Part shown: piece by piece, positions 12,743 through 24,439 of the stretch
How the letters are laid out: each line of letters starts with the position of its first letter
How positions within the stretch are numbered: the stretch's first letter is position 1
Origin: Schizosaccharomyces osmophilus
Taxonomy: Eukaryota
Assembly (NCBI RefSeq): GCF_027921745.1
Contig: NC_079240.1
Location: 1,736,001 to 1,800,000, forward strand
Direction of reading: 5' to 3'
DNA: 64,000 bases
The notes under the pieces: model-generated
Told to the model about the DNA's origin: nothing
The model's database searches: none
The model's input: the letters and a program-made list of their open reading frames with translations, nothing else
Program-made: the position numbers and the translations under genes

Positions 12743-15700
12743 ATGGCGCTTTGCGTTCACTCGTTTAGATCGACAGCAATTGATACAGCGATATCGAGTC
12801 AATTCTTTTCTTCTGAAGCATCCTTGATCTTTGTACAAAATTTGAACATTAATGTTTATCGCATAACCGCTAAACGTGACTTAGATCTTTTTACAACTAT
12901 CCCTTTATGGTATGCAGTAAGGCATTTACAGACCTATCGACCACAGGGTCTTAATCGGGATTATCTTTTTGTTGTTTTACAAGATGATACATACTTTACG
13001 CTTTATTGGGATGAAGACTTTCAGAAAGTAAATATCGATCATCCTCCTCTACGGTATCGAATATCTTTTCCCTGGAGTCGTTTCACCAAAAGTCATTGTT
13101 TGGTAGACAAGAAAATGCGTATGATTTTTTTAAGTATAGATGAAGTTTTTATGCTGTGTATAAATATCTTGTCTGCTGAAGAAAGACAAAACTCTGGTTG
13201 TTCCATTAACGACGGTTTCCCCATCTCTTTTCCAGTGAACCCTATACTTGACATTTGTCTGCTAAACTATCCGAAAATTCCTACTTTAGTTGTTTTACAC
13301 AGTGAAGGTGTTGATTCGGCTATAACAGCTTTTCCTATTGACGTGGAGTCAAAGAATTTAGAAAATGGGATTCGTCTCTTCGAGTCCGTTCTACCTTCCA
13401 AAATTATCCCTTTCGGAAAACGAGGATTGCTGGTTTTGGACAGAAGAACCATCCATTGCTTTTATCGTGGTGGAGTAGTTACCATAAATTCACTGCCGAG
13501 AGTTTATAATCATTGGGTACCTCTTGAAGGTTATGATAATCATTTCATTGTTTCTGACGAAAACGGTGATTTTTATGCAATTTACTCAAGCATTTTGGCT
13601 GGGAAACTATGGAATTTGACCTTCGAAAAGTTGGATATACTACCCGTCACGTTCATTACAAGTTTAGTCTCACTCAATGATGATCTTTTATTTATTGGTA
13701 GTCATGGGAGTTGTTCAAAGCTCATATCTCTTCAAGACCTAAGTGATACTTTTACCTTACCGAACTTGGGGCCTATCCACGATATTAATATGTACTCAAG
13801 TGACCAGAGTCAAACTATGCTTGTATGTGCTGGATCTTTTAAAAATCCATCTATATTGCACTATAGGCATGCTTTATTTATGAACTTCCTTGGATTTTTT
13901 GAATGTTCTGGTATTGTTCGCGTCATGGTTCTCTCTTCGCATGTGGTTGAAAAACTGTTCATCGTCTTCGTCGATGAAACTTTGGTTTTCGATATCGATA
14001 TTAAGAAAGGCTTTCAATTGGAGCTTGTTCCTGAGCTTTCAATTAACGAAAGAACGATCGCGCTGTCGGGAACCGGGACCGACAATCAATTTATTCAGGT
14101 AACTTCAAAATCCTTGTACATTTATGATTCCATGAATTTATCAAAAGTAGTACATCTGGATAAAATTACAAATGCCACTTGTTATAAAGATTATTCTGCA
14201 ATAGTTCTGGGTGGATTAGAGCTTGTTATATTTCAAAAAGACGTCGAGATATCTCGAATCAAATTTGATAGCGAGATTAGCTGCTTAGAAATGGCCAGCG
14301 AGTCAAACATTGCTATTGGCTTTTGGTCCAAAGAGGTTCTAATCTTTAACTTTTTAATAAATCTTGATTCCGCATTTGTGTTTAAGTCCAAACTTCCTTC
14401 ACTACCTCGAAACGTTATATTGGAAAATTTCAATTCTGAAATCAGTCTTTTCCTTGTTTCATATGGCGACGGATTTTTGGTTTCATATGTCCTATCAAGA
14501 AACATTTTAGTCTTTACTGAGATGAAAAAATTGGGAACTACCCCGATAGTATTTTCTCGGTTGAATGTGCATATTGGAACATACATAATTTGTAATAATG
14601 ATCAGCCTCATATGGTTTACGGATTCAATGGAACTCTTGGATATATGCCATTAAATATGCCTGTTTCTTATGATGTCTGCCAGTTTTCGAAAGAAATAGG
14701 CACAACTGGACTCGTTGCGGTCTCGTCAAAAGGTGTTTCCTTCTTAGAAATGGATAGAAGGCCTCATTTATACGCGAATAAATTTCCTTTGAGTCATGTT
14801 CCTTTGCGTGCAGTAATATTAGACCAAATACTGTTGACCATTACTCTTCATCCGCACTCTAATAGCACAGATGGTCTAAACGAAAGATACTCATTATTAC
14901 TCTTAGACTATTCTAGCGGTAAACAATTGGAGAAATATGATTTTCCACTGTACGATCGATGTGAAGAAATTCTAAGGATAGAAAACGGAACAATAGTTGT
15001 TGCTGTTAATAATCATCAGATAGTTGATTTACTCCCGTCGAGTGGTAAGTTATTGTTGTACCGATTCATGCCAGATCTGATCGCACTTAATTGTATAAAC
15101 ACTGTTCAGCTTTCTGCTGCTGTGAGCTGTTTATCTGTGTACGAAAAGGGGTTTATTGCTTCTTTTGGGCATTTCGTTGGTTTTTTTGATATCTTAAATG
15201 AAAAAATGGGAATGAAAACTAAATTTTGTGTTGGCAATCTGATATCACAAATAATTGTTGACAGCGAACAAAATATTTTAATTGGGGACGTCGTTGGATT
15301 CATCACTGTTTTGAGACTGGAAAATTATACGTTTGTAATGTACGCAAGATACAATATTGGTGAACGTATACTTACTGCTCTTTGCTTTGAAAGAAATAAA
15401 TACGTTTTTGCATCCGATAGCGGAGTATTGCACATTGTTAGACTGGAGACTATCGCGGAGTCCGAACAAATAAATGGACAAATAAGACTTATTACAGAAG
15501 CACAATACCGGCTTCATGATAAGGTAACCCGATTTTGTTTGAATACGCTTCCCCGAAATAGTCCTTCTGATAAAATGCTAGAACCTCGTTTATATTTTGG
15601 TACAAGAAAAGGCGCGATCGGAAGTATATTTTCCTTAAATTCGAATATCAATGAATTTGACGAACTCGCGAAGAAGATACGACAGCTTGAACTCTCATAT

Positions 15701-15901
15701 CTGCCGATAATCGACTTAGAAAGCATCGAAGAAGAAAATTCTAATGAGATCCCTTTCGTGAATGGGGATATCATCACTAACACAAAAGCTTGGTCCTCGA
15801 CTCAGATTTTTCGATTGTGTCGACTTTTGGAACATGCTGAAAACCTTAATTCCCATGAGAAAGTTCGTACACTTCTGGATGAAGTACAACTTCTTTCATA
15901 A
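12743..15901 (+). CDS. rik1: CLRC heterochromatin complex DDB1-like subunit Rik1 (about 1052 aa)
   Basis: First ATG at 12743 (MALCVHSF). DDB1/CPSF-A-like beta-propeller protein. Stretches such as 'RDYLFVVLQDDTYFTLYWDEDFQKV', 'PNLGPIHD' and 'IGTYIICNNDQPHMVYGFNG' match my recollection of S. pombe Rik1. Confidence 0.93.
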   Translation: MALCVHSFRSTAIDTAISSQFFSSEASLIFVQNLNINVYRITAKRDLDLFTTIPLWYAVRHLQTYRPQGLNRDYLFVVLQDDTYFTLYWDEDFQKVNIDHPPLRYRISFPWSRFTKSHCLVDKKMRMIFLSIDEVFMLCINILSAEERQNSGCSINDGFPISFPVNPILDICLLNYPKIPTLVVLHSEGVDSAITAFPIDVESKNLENGIRLFESVLPSKIIPFGKRGLLVLDRRTIHCFYRGGVVTINSLPRVYNHWVPLEGYDNHFIVSDENGDFYAIYSSILAGKLWNLTFEKLDILPVTFITSLVSLNDDLLFIGSHGSCSKLISLQDLSDTFTLPNLGPIHDINMYSSDQSQTMLVCAGSFKNPSILHYRHALFMNFLGFFECSGIVRVMVLSSHVVEKLFIVFVDETLVFDIDIKKGFQLELVPELSINERTIALSGTGTDNQFIQVTSKSLYIYDSMNLSKVVHLDKITNATCYKDYSAIVLGGLELVIFQKDVEISRIKFDSEISCLEMASESNIAIGFWSKEVLIFNFLINLDSAFVFKSKLPSLPRNVILENFNSEISLFLVSYGDGFLVSYVLSRNILVFTEMKKLGTTPIVFSRLNVHIGTYIICNNDQPHMVYGFNGTLGYMPLNMPVSYDVCQFSKEIGTTGLVAVSSKGVSFLEMDRRPHLYANKFPLSHVPLRAVILDQILLTITLHPHSNSTDGLNERYSLLLLDYSSGKQLEKYDFPLYDRCEEILRIENGTIVVAVNNHQIVDLLPSSGKLLLYRFMPDLIALNCINTVQLSAAVSCLSVYEKGFIASFGHFVGFFDILNEKMGMKTKFCVGNLISQIIVDSEQNILIGDVVGFITVLRLENYTFVMYARYNIGERILTALCFERNKYVFASDSGVLHIVRLETIAESEQINGQIRLITEAQYRLHDKVTRFCLNTLPRNSPSDKMLEPRLYFGTRKGAIGSIFSLNSNINEFDELAKKIRQLELSYLPIIDLESIEEENSNEIPFVNGDIITNTKAWSSTQIFRLCRLLEHAENLNSHEKVRTLLDEVQLLS

Positions 15902-16149
15902 ATGGCATATTACTTCAGTATGTAATTTGTTAATCTAGGCAAGTGATGTGGAAGTCTACATTATGAATTTTAAAAAGAAGAGGGCTTCTATTTGCTAACC
16001 CATAAACAAGAATCAAGAGTTAATGATTTTGGAATATGCGTCAAAAAACCTATCTAGGTAAAGGAACTGGGAGAATTGAAGATGAAGTGACATCAAAATC
16101 ATTATTTACTTTCAGACGGTACTAGTAACTGTTATTGTTAGCAAACCTT

Positions 16150-17653
16150 TCATGAAAGCATGAAGACACATACCATTGGAAGCCCGTATTTAATTGTAAT
16201 ATTCAATTTCTTTTCGGTGGCTTGAATACGAGATTTACTGAAAGCATCCACGTATACCTGAGTCGGGTTTTGGGAGAAAGAGGACGTATCTACAATGATT
16301 GTCTTTCTTGTTTGTTTTCCGCCGTTGCATAGAATAACAAGAACTCCTGTTCTGTAAAATGCGTAGACTCTTTTATCAAGATATATTTTTTGAGAAAGTA
16401 GAGCGCAAAAATTTGGATCTTTGGCTATCAAGCTCTGTCGAAGGTGGATAAATGTTGATATACACTCAAATAAAAAGCTTGTAGTATCGTATTTGCTCAC
16501 CCACAGCCCTTCTCGATTATCAGGATCGTCACCACCGCTGAATCTCTGTTCTTGACCATAATATATCACGGGGATACCATCCGAAAAGATCGTTGCAGCA
16601 ATGGCGTTTAGCGCTAACTAATTCATGTTAATAATTTTTGTCTTCAAATATTGTTCTCAAAAAACTTTAGGTTAATTAATGACTTACAGCATTATCTTGT
16701 GTTTGAGAGAAGAACCTAGGCACATCGTGATTTTCAAGGAAGTTGCATAGTATGGTTGTATCTCTAAAATTATGTCTGATATCCAACACACCTTTCTGAT
16801 AATACTCAAACATAGGAATTCTGGGGGATGAAAACGTCTCGCGCAACTGATAGTAAAGAGGGAAATTAATGACTGAAGGCATATAGTTTTGGTAAGCTCC
16901 TGCATATTTGGGGTTACCATGGAAGATTTCACCCGTTGTGAAGATCTTTGCTGCTTTAACAAATGGAGGAAAGAAGGATTTTTCAACATGTTTGGCGGTG
17001 TCAATTCTCATACCATCAAACTTGTAGGTGCTGACCAAATCACTGATCCATTTTTGAAAAAACTTACGTACACTGGACTTTTCTGTTTTTAAATCAGGTA
17101 AATTCACACAATTGTCTCCAAGCCAGCCTGTAACAACGTCTTCTTGATTGTTATAATCCTGAATGTACTTCCAGGGGTGGAAATCATTGGCTTGATTAAA
17201 TGGATTGAACTGCGAGTAGTCAACTGCCTCCGTTCCAGGATGTACCATATGGTTGACAACGACATCGACCATACACAACATTCCACGTTTGTGAAGATTA
17301 TTAACCAAATCTTGAAGATCTTCGGAAGTGCCGAAATGACTATTGAGTTTTGTAAAGTCCTGCGTCCAATAGCCATGGTAAGGTTCTCCATAGCCTGTTT
17401 GGCCTTCGATATTCTTTACGATGGGACTAATCCATATGGCTGTGCAACCAAGTGATTGAAGATAGTCGAGTTTCCTTATGACACCCTTCCAAGTTCCTCC
17501 CAAATATGTTCTTCCTTGAGATGGATGTTCAAAGTCATCTTCATCCCTAGCAAATCGATCCGTAAGCAGTTGATATATGACTTGTTTTCTCCATGTGTCG
17601 TTGTATTCCTTTCCTTTTACAAAGGTATGTTTTTGAAAGAAGCAACAGGCCAT
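16150..17653 (-). CDS. GH13 alpha-amylase homolog without signal peptide; exons 17653-16688, 16617-16150
   Basis: [25 protein letters not shown], catalytic RIDTAKH / GE / ENHD and [21 protein letters not shown] intron (16687-16618) joins the two ORFs. Confidence 0.92.
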
Positions 17654-18552
17654 TGTTTGCCCTGACGAAGAATGTTATGGGAGCTTTTCAAAAGAATGCA
17701 AGTGATACTGCTTTATCTTCGAAGATTGAGGTATGCCTTCAGGGAGGCAGACAAGGAAGAGGTACGAAACGCAAAGGCGATGGCTCTCAAACTATATGAG
17801 TTCTGAACTGATGAATTGTGGTTCTGTCTCTGATGGTTATCCCGTATGCTAAATACATTATTTCTGTTTACACTTTTGTTTTGTTGTTCAACATTCTCGT
17901 GAGTATAAACAAACATTGGCCTATAAGCTGCTCCAAGCAAAATGAATCAAACCGGTGAAGGATTTTAATTTATAAATATATTATTTACTTTAAAAAATGG
18001 TTCTACAAGTCTCATTTAAGGTTAGAAAACTAGTAACTAAAATTCATAATACAAACTTCCTTATTCTGTGTATTTTCATTTTAAATTTATTAACAAGTTA
18101 AACAAAAGAGACTACAGTAGAGTTGATACTAGTATGTGGATTCCGTTGAGCATGCAAGCAACGTAACCGTATTATTTATTTTAAGAATATTGTCGTACAT
18201 CCCGACCATGCACCATGACAGAAGAAAATTGTAAGTTTTCCTATTCATTTTTCTTTTGGGTTTTATTTTTGGATCTTTGAAATGCATGCTTTTTTTTTTT
18301 TTTTTTAATTTCGTTTAACGAAAATATTACTCAGTTTCTCTGTTTACTAAGGAGCTACAGGTTTACTTTGAAAATCATATATACCGAACTACAGTGTACG
18401 AGAAGAACGGAAGTTGAATTCTCTTTTGGTTTGTAAAATATATACGGCAACAAAGTTGGTAAGGACTAAAGCGATTAACGATATTGTTGCATGGTGGTAA
18501 TTTATGACAAAGGAAAATAGGGTATAGAGAAACAGGTTAACATTTACAAAAC

Positions 18553-19744
18553 ATGGAATCGAAATCTACGGGGATCGTTCGGCATTCACAAGGGGAATTT
18601 GACATTGTAACGATTTACAAAAAGTTCTTGGAAGATGATCCTGAGATTACCATGCCGGTAGCTGCCATCGAGGCTCTTGTACAGTTATTGTCGCGTTCTC
18701 AAGGTTTGTTGAAATAGAGCGAATAGAATAGGACAGCTGACTTATTTTATAGCAAAAACAATTTCAGAGTTTATGGACATTCTACAAAGTGGATCCAATA
18801 TTTTAAAGGACGGCGTAGAAAACAATATTTCCTTGTCTGCTGGATGCGATATTTTCCAGCGTTTTGTCACACGTTCTTTACATGATGTTGGGGTATGATT
18901 AATCACCGAAAACTTTCAAGGTGTGTGTTCTTTGTGTATTAACATTACTTTCTGTAGGATTTCGAACAGTGTAAACGTCACTTGGTGGAAAACGGTAAGC
19001 TGTTTATTCAGCGTGCTCGCGCTTGTCGTCAAACCATTGCGAATTTAGGTTATCCTTTAATTCGTGATGGAAATGTTATTTTGACTCATGGTTTCTCTCG
19101 TGGTGTAGCAGCCGTCCTTTTAGCTGCTGCTAAGCGTCATGTTCGTTTCAAGGTATTTGTGACTGAATCTCGACCCAGTGGTTCTGGTTGTCTCATGGCG
19201 GACACACTCCGTAAAGCTTGCATCCCGACTTGCATGGTCCTTGACTCTGCTGTGAGTTTTACCATGAATCGCGTTGATTTGGTACTTGTGGGTGCCGAAG
19301 GCGTGGTAGAAAATGGTGGATTAATTAATCAAATTGGCACCTTCCAGCTTGCAGTATTTGCTAAGCATGCTCACAAGCCATTTTATGCCGTTGCCGAAAG
19401 GTACGTTTTTAGCTAAAGAATGTGTCAAGATCACCGAGTGCTAACCTTTTTAAAGTCATAAGTTTGTTCGTATGTTTCCACTTTCTCAATACGATATACC
19501 TTTCAGTCGACCTATTCTCGAGTTTGACGATCCCTCTCCAAAAACATTGGGTCCCATTCGCGATGTAGTGCCGACGCCATCCGATGCTATTCACAATGAA
19601 TTAATTATGAACGAAGAGCAAATTAGAAATAACCCTACGCTGGACGTTACTCCTCCGGAGTTTGTCTCAGGATTAATCACTGATTTGGGAATTATAGACT
19701 CAAAGAGCGGTGTCAGTGAAGAACTCATTAAATTGTACCTATAA
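18553..19744 (+). CDS. tif221: Translation initiation factor eIF2B alpha subunit (Gcn3-like); exons 18553-18703, 18753-18892, 18958-19400, 19456-19744
   Basis: [57 protein letters not shown]. Three introns keep the frame. Confidence 0.93.
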
Positions 19745-20123
19745 TGTTAAGGAAAAAATTCGCATTGCATGTTTATTAATCTGTTTGGGTTCTTTTTGGA
19801 TAAAATAATGGTCTTCAAAACGTTGTTGGAATTTTATACCTTTTGTGAAGTGATATACCAAAAAAGTATAGTTGCGAAAAAAAAGACAACTCTCAATTGT
19901 CGTTTTTCTTTTAGTAAACATGTACGTACATAATTCATGCCACTTTTGTTTCGACAATGGAAATTTGTCTGATGTATACGATTAATAAAAAATAGTAAAT
20001 TTATAACTACGACTTCTTTTTATGTAGTTTTTATGATACAATTCGGTTGTCTTTCAATGCAGGTGCTGCAGCGTAGACCTTGCTAGTTAGTCGACTTCCC
20101 ATATATGGGTGTCAATGTAAAAA

Positions 20124-21203
20124 ATGTCATTTAAGAGAAAAACAGCCGTACAAACAGCACCGATAGAATTGCCAAAAGGTGTCCGATTATCACCAAAGGA
20201 CGGACGCTGGATAACTAGCTCTGGTAGTACGTCGTTTGACTATTACCTTTTGGGAGGAATTCCTTTAAGGAGTCTGCTAGTCGTGGAAGAAGATTCCACT
20301 GATTATTCTTCCGTTTTATTAAAATTTTTTGCTGCAGAAGGTTTTTTACAGGATCATGCTGTTTGGCTAGGGCCTTCGATGGGCGAACCCTGGTTTCGTC
20401 AACTTCCCGCTGAAAATGAACGAGCAGCGAAAAGTGAAGGCATGAAATCATCCGGGCCATCACCTTCTTCTAACACTGCTCAACAAAATCGAATGAAAAT
20501 TGCTTGGCGATATGAGAATACTTCAAAAACCAAAGTTCCTGCCCCCGATGCAATCCCTCCAGGCTTTACTCATGCTTTTGATCTGACAAAACGTTTAACA
20601 ATTAGCTCTAATATGATGAAAGCAGTTTCGCCCTTTCCTCTTGAAATAGGCTCGAATCCTTTCATCCCTGTATTGGAAAGTCTTACCAAATTCCTAGCCT
20701 CGCTGAAGCCAGGAACTGTTTGCAGACTTGTTTTACCATCTTTGCTCTCTCCTGCATTTTATTCTATTCGTGCAACACATCCGCAGTATTTTATTCGCTT
20801 CATCCATTCCCTTTCGTCTCTCATCAAATGCACTACCTCTGTGCATATTGTTTGTATGTGCTCAGTCCCGTCAACGTTGTTTTCCAGGGACTGTGAGCAA
20901 GTGTATTGGTTAGAGTCTTTGGCCTCTGGTGTCTTCTCTTTGCATCCCTTTCCTATCACGGAAACCGTCAATGGTTTGGCCACTCAACCTCAAGGACTGT
21001 TTAGGATTCACAAGCTTCCTCTTCCCTTACCTTTTACAAATACAGATAATTCTAGCGAGGCAGGTGATCTTTCCTTTACGGTGTCTAAGAGAAGATTTAC
21101 TATTGAGCCATGGGTTCTTCCTCCACTGGACGAAGAACAGCCTGAAGCCAAACCAAGCAATAGTGACAATTCTCAGCCTTCTTTAAAATCGATAGAATTT
21201 TAG
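20124..21203 (+). CDS. elp4: Elongator complex subunit Elp4
   Basis: MSFKRK start, 'TSSGSTSFDYYLLGGIPL', 'RMKIAWRY', 'HAFDLTKRL', 'DLSFTVSKRRFTIEPWVLPP' - Elp4 family motifs. Confidence 0.9.
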   Translation: MSFKRKTAVQTAPIELPKGVRLSPKDGRWITSSGSTSFDYYLLGGIPLRSLLVVEEDSTDYSSVLLKFFAAEGFLQDHAVWLGPSMGEPWFRQLPAENERAAKSEGMKSSGPSPSSNTAQQNRMKIAWRYENTSKTKVPAPDAIPPGFTHAFDLTKRLTISSNMMKAVSPFPLEIGSNPFIPVLESLTKFLASLKPGTVCRLVLPSLLSPAFYSIRATHPQYFIRFIHSLSSLIKCTTSVHIVCMCSVPSTLFSRDCEQVYWLESLASGVFSLHPFPITETVNGLATQPQGLFRIHKLPLPLPFTNTDNSSEAGDLSFTVSKRRFTIEPWVLPPLDEEQPEAKPSNSDNSQPSLKSIEF

Positions 21204-22161
21204 TGTTTTATCGGTTTAGGCTTTGACTACTTGAGGCCGATTAGCATCCATGGCTTTTTATTTTGTTTTGTGTATACGTTAAGGAATGAGGAAAGGTTTT
21301 TTTTGGTTTCTATATTTGTATAGTACGATGTTAGTTTAGTGAGTAAATGAATAAATTTCAAGATTGCTAAAGCAGGTATTTAAAATCTAACTACATTTCA
21401 GTGCATTCTTATAAATGGTTGTCTTGCCAAGTTTTTATGGACTGCTTTAATCTTTCTATATCATGTCTTTTTTTGGTAAGTATAACGAGTACCTTTTTGC
21501 TTCTCCTGATGCGTCCAATGTTTCTTTCTCACGCACGTTTTTTTTTTCTTTTTTTTTTAAAAAAAAGTACATTACTTTGGTTATTTTTGTTTTCGATAAT
21601 TATAATAAAAGTGGTGCCTAATACAATGTTGTAGAAGGTTATAACAGTGTTAAAAAAAGCTGTTACTTTGCTAAGGCAATGTAAATAAACAAATGAATTA
21701 AAAAAAAAAAAGGTGAAAATCTACTACTACTTCATGATAACAAGTGATTATGAATTTTAACATCAAATGCAAAATATAAGTTGAAAGAAAATCCTGTTAG
21801 AAGTCAGAATATGAAATGCTGGAGTTCCGCTTGCAACAAAGTAATTTCTTTGGTTATCCACCAAGATTCCATGAACGTGAATAATGCCGTTAGATTACGA
21901 CTTAAGGTTTATAAATCACAATAATATTCTTCTCATTTTCGTACCAAAACCATCTCATTTTACTATAAGACTTTCTACCATACTTCGTACTAAGTATAAC
22001 TCAATACGATGATAATTGTTGACTTCCTATGTACACCCATACGAACAAGCAGCCAACCTGTACAGATTGATTGAAATATTAAGTAACCGTTCATTTTCTA
22101 ATAAAATAAATATCGCACTTCATTAGTTAAGGGTACTGACAAATTCACTGGAAAGTTTTAA

Positions 22162-23883
22162 ATGACACGAAGCTATGGCATTTTCATCGACGCTGGTTCG
22201 AGCGGATCACGACTTCAAATCTATTCATGGACGGTTTCTAAAGATAAACAAGACACAAATAAAGGAGCTAGTCTTCCTCTGATTGAACTTGGGGATGGTA
22301 ATGAAGGAGACTGGTCCATCAAGGTACAACCGGGCATATCCTCATTCGCCAGACGGCCAAAGGACGTGGGAGAGAAGCATATAGAAAAGCTACTTGATCA
22401 TGCCGAGAAGGTCATTCCTAAAGACAAGCATAAAAGCACTCCTGTGTTTTTAAGTGCCACAGCTGGTATGCGGCTTTTACCTCCGAAAACACAAAAAAAA
22501 ATATTGAATAATGCTTGTCATTACATAAGAGATGAATACGACTTTGCACTTCCTGATTGTGAATCCATGATTCAGGTTATCGATGGAAAAGCTGAAGGTA
22601 TGTACGGTTGGTTGGCAACGAACTATTTGCTTGGAAATCTTGATTCACCTTCTGGATCTTCAACGGGATTTTTGGATATGGGAGGTGCAAGTGCTCAAAT
22701 TGCCTTTGAAGTTCCCCCTGAAGTACAAAATGAATATGATGATAGCGTTAGCACGGTACTTCTAGGTTTGGATAATGGTAAGCAGATAGGCTATCCTCTA
22801 TTCGTTACAACCTGGCTCGGTTTCGGTACAAGTCAAGCACACAATAGATACTTGAATTCTTTGATTGAAGGAAATCGCGATTCTCCTTCCAAAACCATCG
22901 AAGAACCTTGCTCACTTCGCGGAAGACAATATTCCAAAGATGGACAATCGTTTCTGGGCACGGGAGATTTGGAACTATGCCTAAAACATACGTATACCCT
23001 TCTCAATAAAGAGGCACCCTGCTCACGAGATCCTTGTGGTTTTGACGGCATTTCAATTCCACCGATTGATTTCGTCAACCACGAGTTTGTCGGCGTCTCG
23101 GAATTTTGGTATACGACAAACGATGTATTTGACATGGGCGGAAGCTATCATTTTCCCAACTTTTACCAAAAGGTAGCTGATTACTGCGCTTCCGACTGGG
23201 AATCGATGCTTTCACGCTTACACAATCATCAATTATCTCCATCTACAGATGAAAGCAAGCTAGAAAAGCTTTGTTTTAAAGCTTCTTGGGTCTTAAATTT
23301 TCTGCATGAAGGATTCGGTTTTCCTAAAACTAATACAACTGATATTGACTACCAACAAACGGACGGGCTTGAGGTAATTCCAGCATACCATTCTCACTTC
23401 ACTAGCCTTGAAAAAATTGAACGGACCGAAATAAGCTGGACACTTGGTCAAGTTCTTTTGTACTCATCAAATCAACAATTCCTTCAAGACCCCAAATATG
23501 CGAACTATCAGTTGAATACATTTGGAAAATTAACTCCTTCCAGAGGGTTCTTCCAAAGTAATATGAATGGATATATTTCCTTCATAAGTGTTGTTCTTTT
23601 CTTATCCATCTTTGGCTTTTTGTCCTATTTGTTGACTAGCAACCCTAAGAGAAGGTCAAGGATCAAAAACCTTCTGCTTCGAGTTCGTGGTATGAAGGGT
23701 CGGTATATTGTGAACGCCCATGGAGATTACGAAGATATCGAAGATTTTGAGGATGATATGGAAATGACGAACTTCTCAAAGTCGAAGACTGCTCCTATTC
23801 GCACCACATCTAGCCATATTCTTGCTGATCATTTAGCATTAAATTTTAGTCGAGAGCGAACACCAAGATCTCCTTTACCTTAA
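22162..23883 (+). CDS. ynd1: GDA1/CD39 family nucleoside diphosphatase (apyrase) Ynd1
   Basis: Apyrase conserved regions DAGSSGSR, ATAGMRLL, EGMYGWLATNY, DMGGASAQ, SWTLG, plus a C-terminal transmembrane segment. Confidence 0.92.
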   Translation: MTRSYGIFIDAGSSGSRLQIYSWTVSKDKQDTNKGASLPLIELGDGNEGDWSIKVQPGISSFARRPKDVGEKHIEKLLDHAEKVIPKDKHKSTPVFLSATAGMRLLPPKTQKKILNNACHYIRDEYDFALPDCESMIQVIDGKAEGMYGWLATNYLLGNLDSPSGSSTGFLDMGGASAQIAFEVPPEVQNEYDDSVSTVLLGLDNGKQIGYPLFVTTWLGFGTSQAHNRYLNSLIEGNRDSPSKTIEEPCSLRGRQYSKDGQSFLGTGDLELCLKHTYTLLNKEAPCSRDPCGFDGISIPPIDFVNHEFVGVSEFWYTTNDVFDMGGSYHFPNFYQKVADYCASDWESMLSRLHNHQLSPSTDESKLEKLCFKASWVLNFLHEGFGFPKTNTTDIDYQQTDGLEVIPAYHSHFTSLEKIERTEISWTLGQVLLYSSNQQFLQDPKYANYQLNTFGKLTPSRGFFQSNMNGYISFISVVLFLSIFGFLSYLLTSNPKRRSRIKNLLLRVRGMKGRYIVNAHGDYEDIEDFEDDMEMTNFSKSKTAPIRTTSSHILADHLALNFSRERTPRSPLP

Positions 23884-24439
23884 TCTGTTCCTACCTTTGC
23901 TGCCGGCCATAAACATTCTTCCTTATTCATCCTTCATTTTAAAAAATCCGTAATACGTGCTTGCTCTACCCTGCCGACTATACATAAAGGCACTTATTCT
24001 CTTCCGTTCTTTCCACTTATTTGGCCTGTGTTTATTTATTTAATTCCTCTTCTATTTCGATAATTCTCTAATATATCATGTTTAATGCTGTCTTTTTGAA
24101 TATGATATATGTTGGATACGTTTCGATTTTTCTTTTAACACTCTCCTAATTAGCTGTGATTGTCGGCTGCATTTGAGTAGTATCTAATTGTAAATTTTTG
24201 TTTTGTCTTTAATATTATATATATTAATTTTACTCTATTTTGCTTACCTTGTATCTCCTAATTATTTTCCAATAGTTTTTAAGACATCGCTTTTTCGAGA
24301 CTTTTTTTTTTTTTTTTTCTATACGGCCTAGCCCAAAAAATAACTAAAACATATAAATGAAGAAAAAATTCGTGTTCCCTTGATACCTTAGGCCCAGGGA
24401 AGAGGACAAACAAAATAAACAGAAACAAGTCATTAAATT

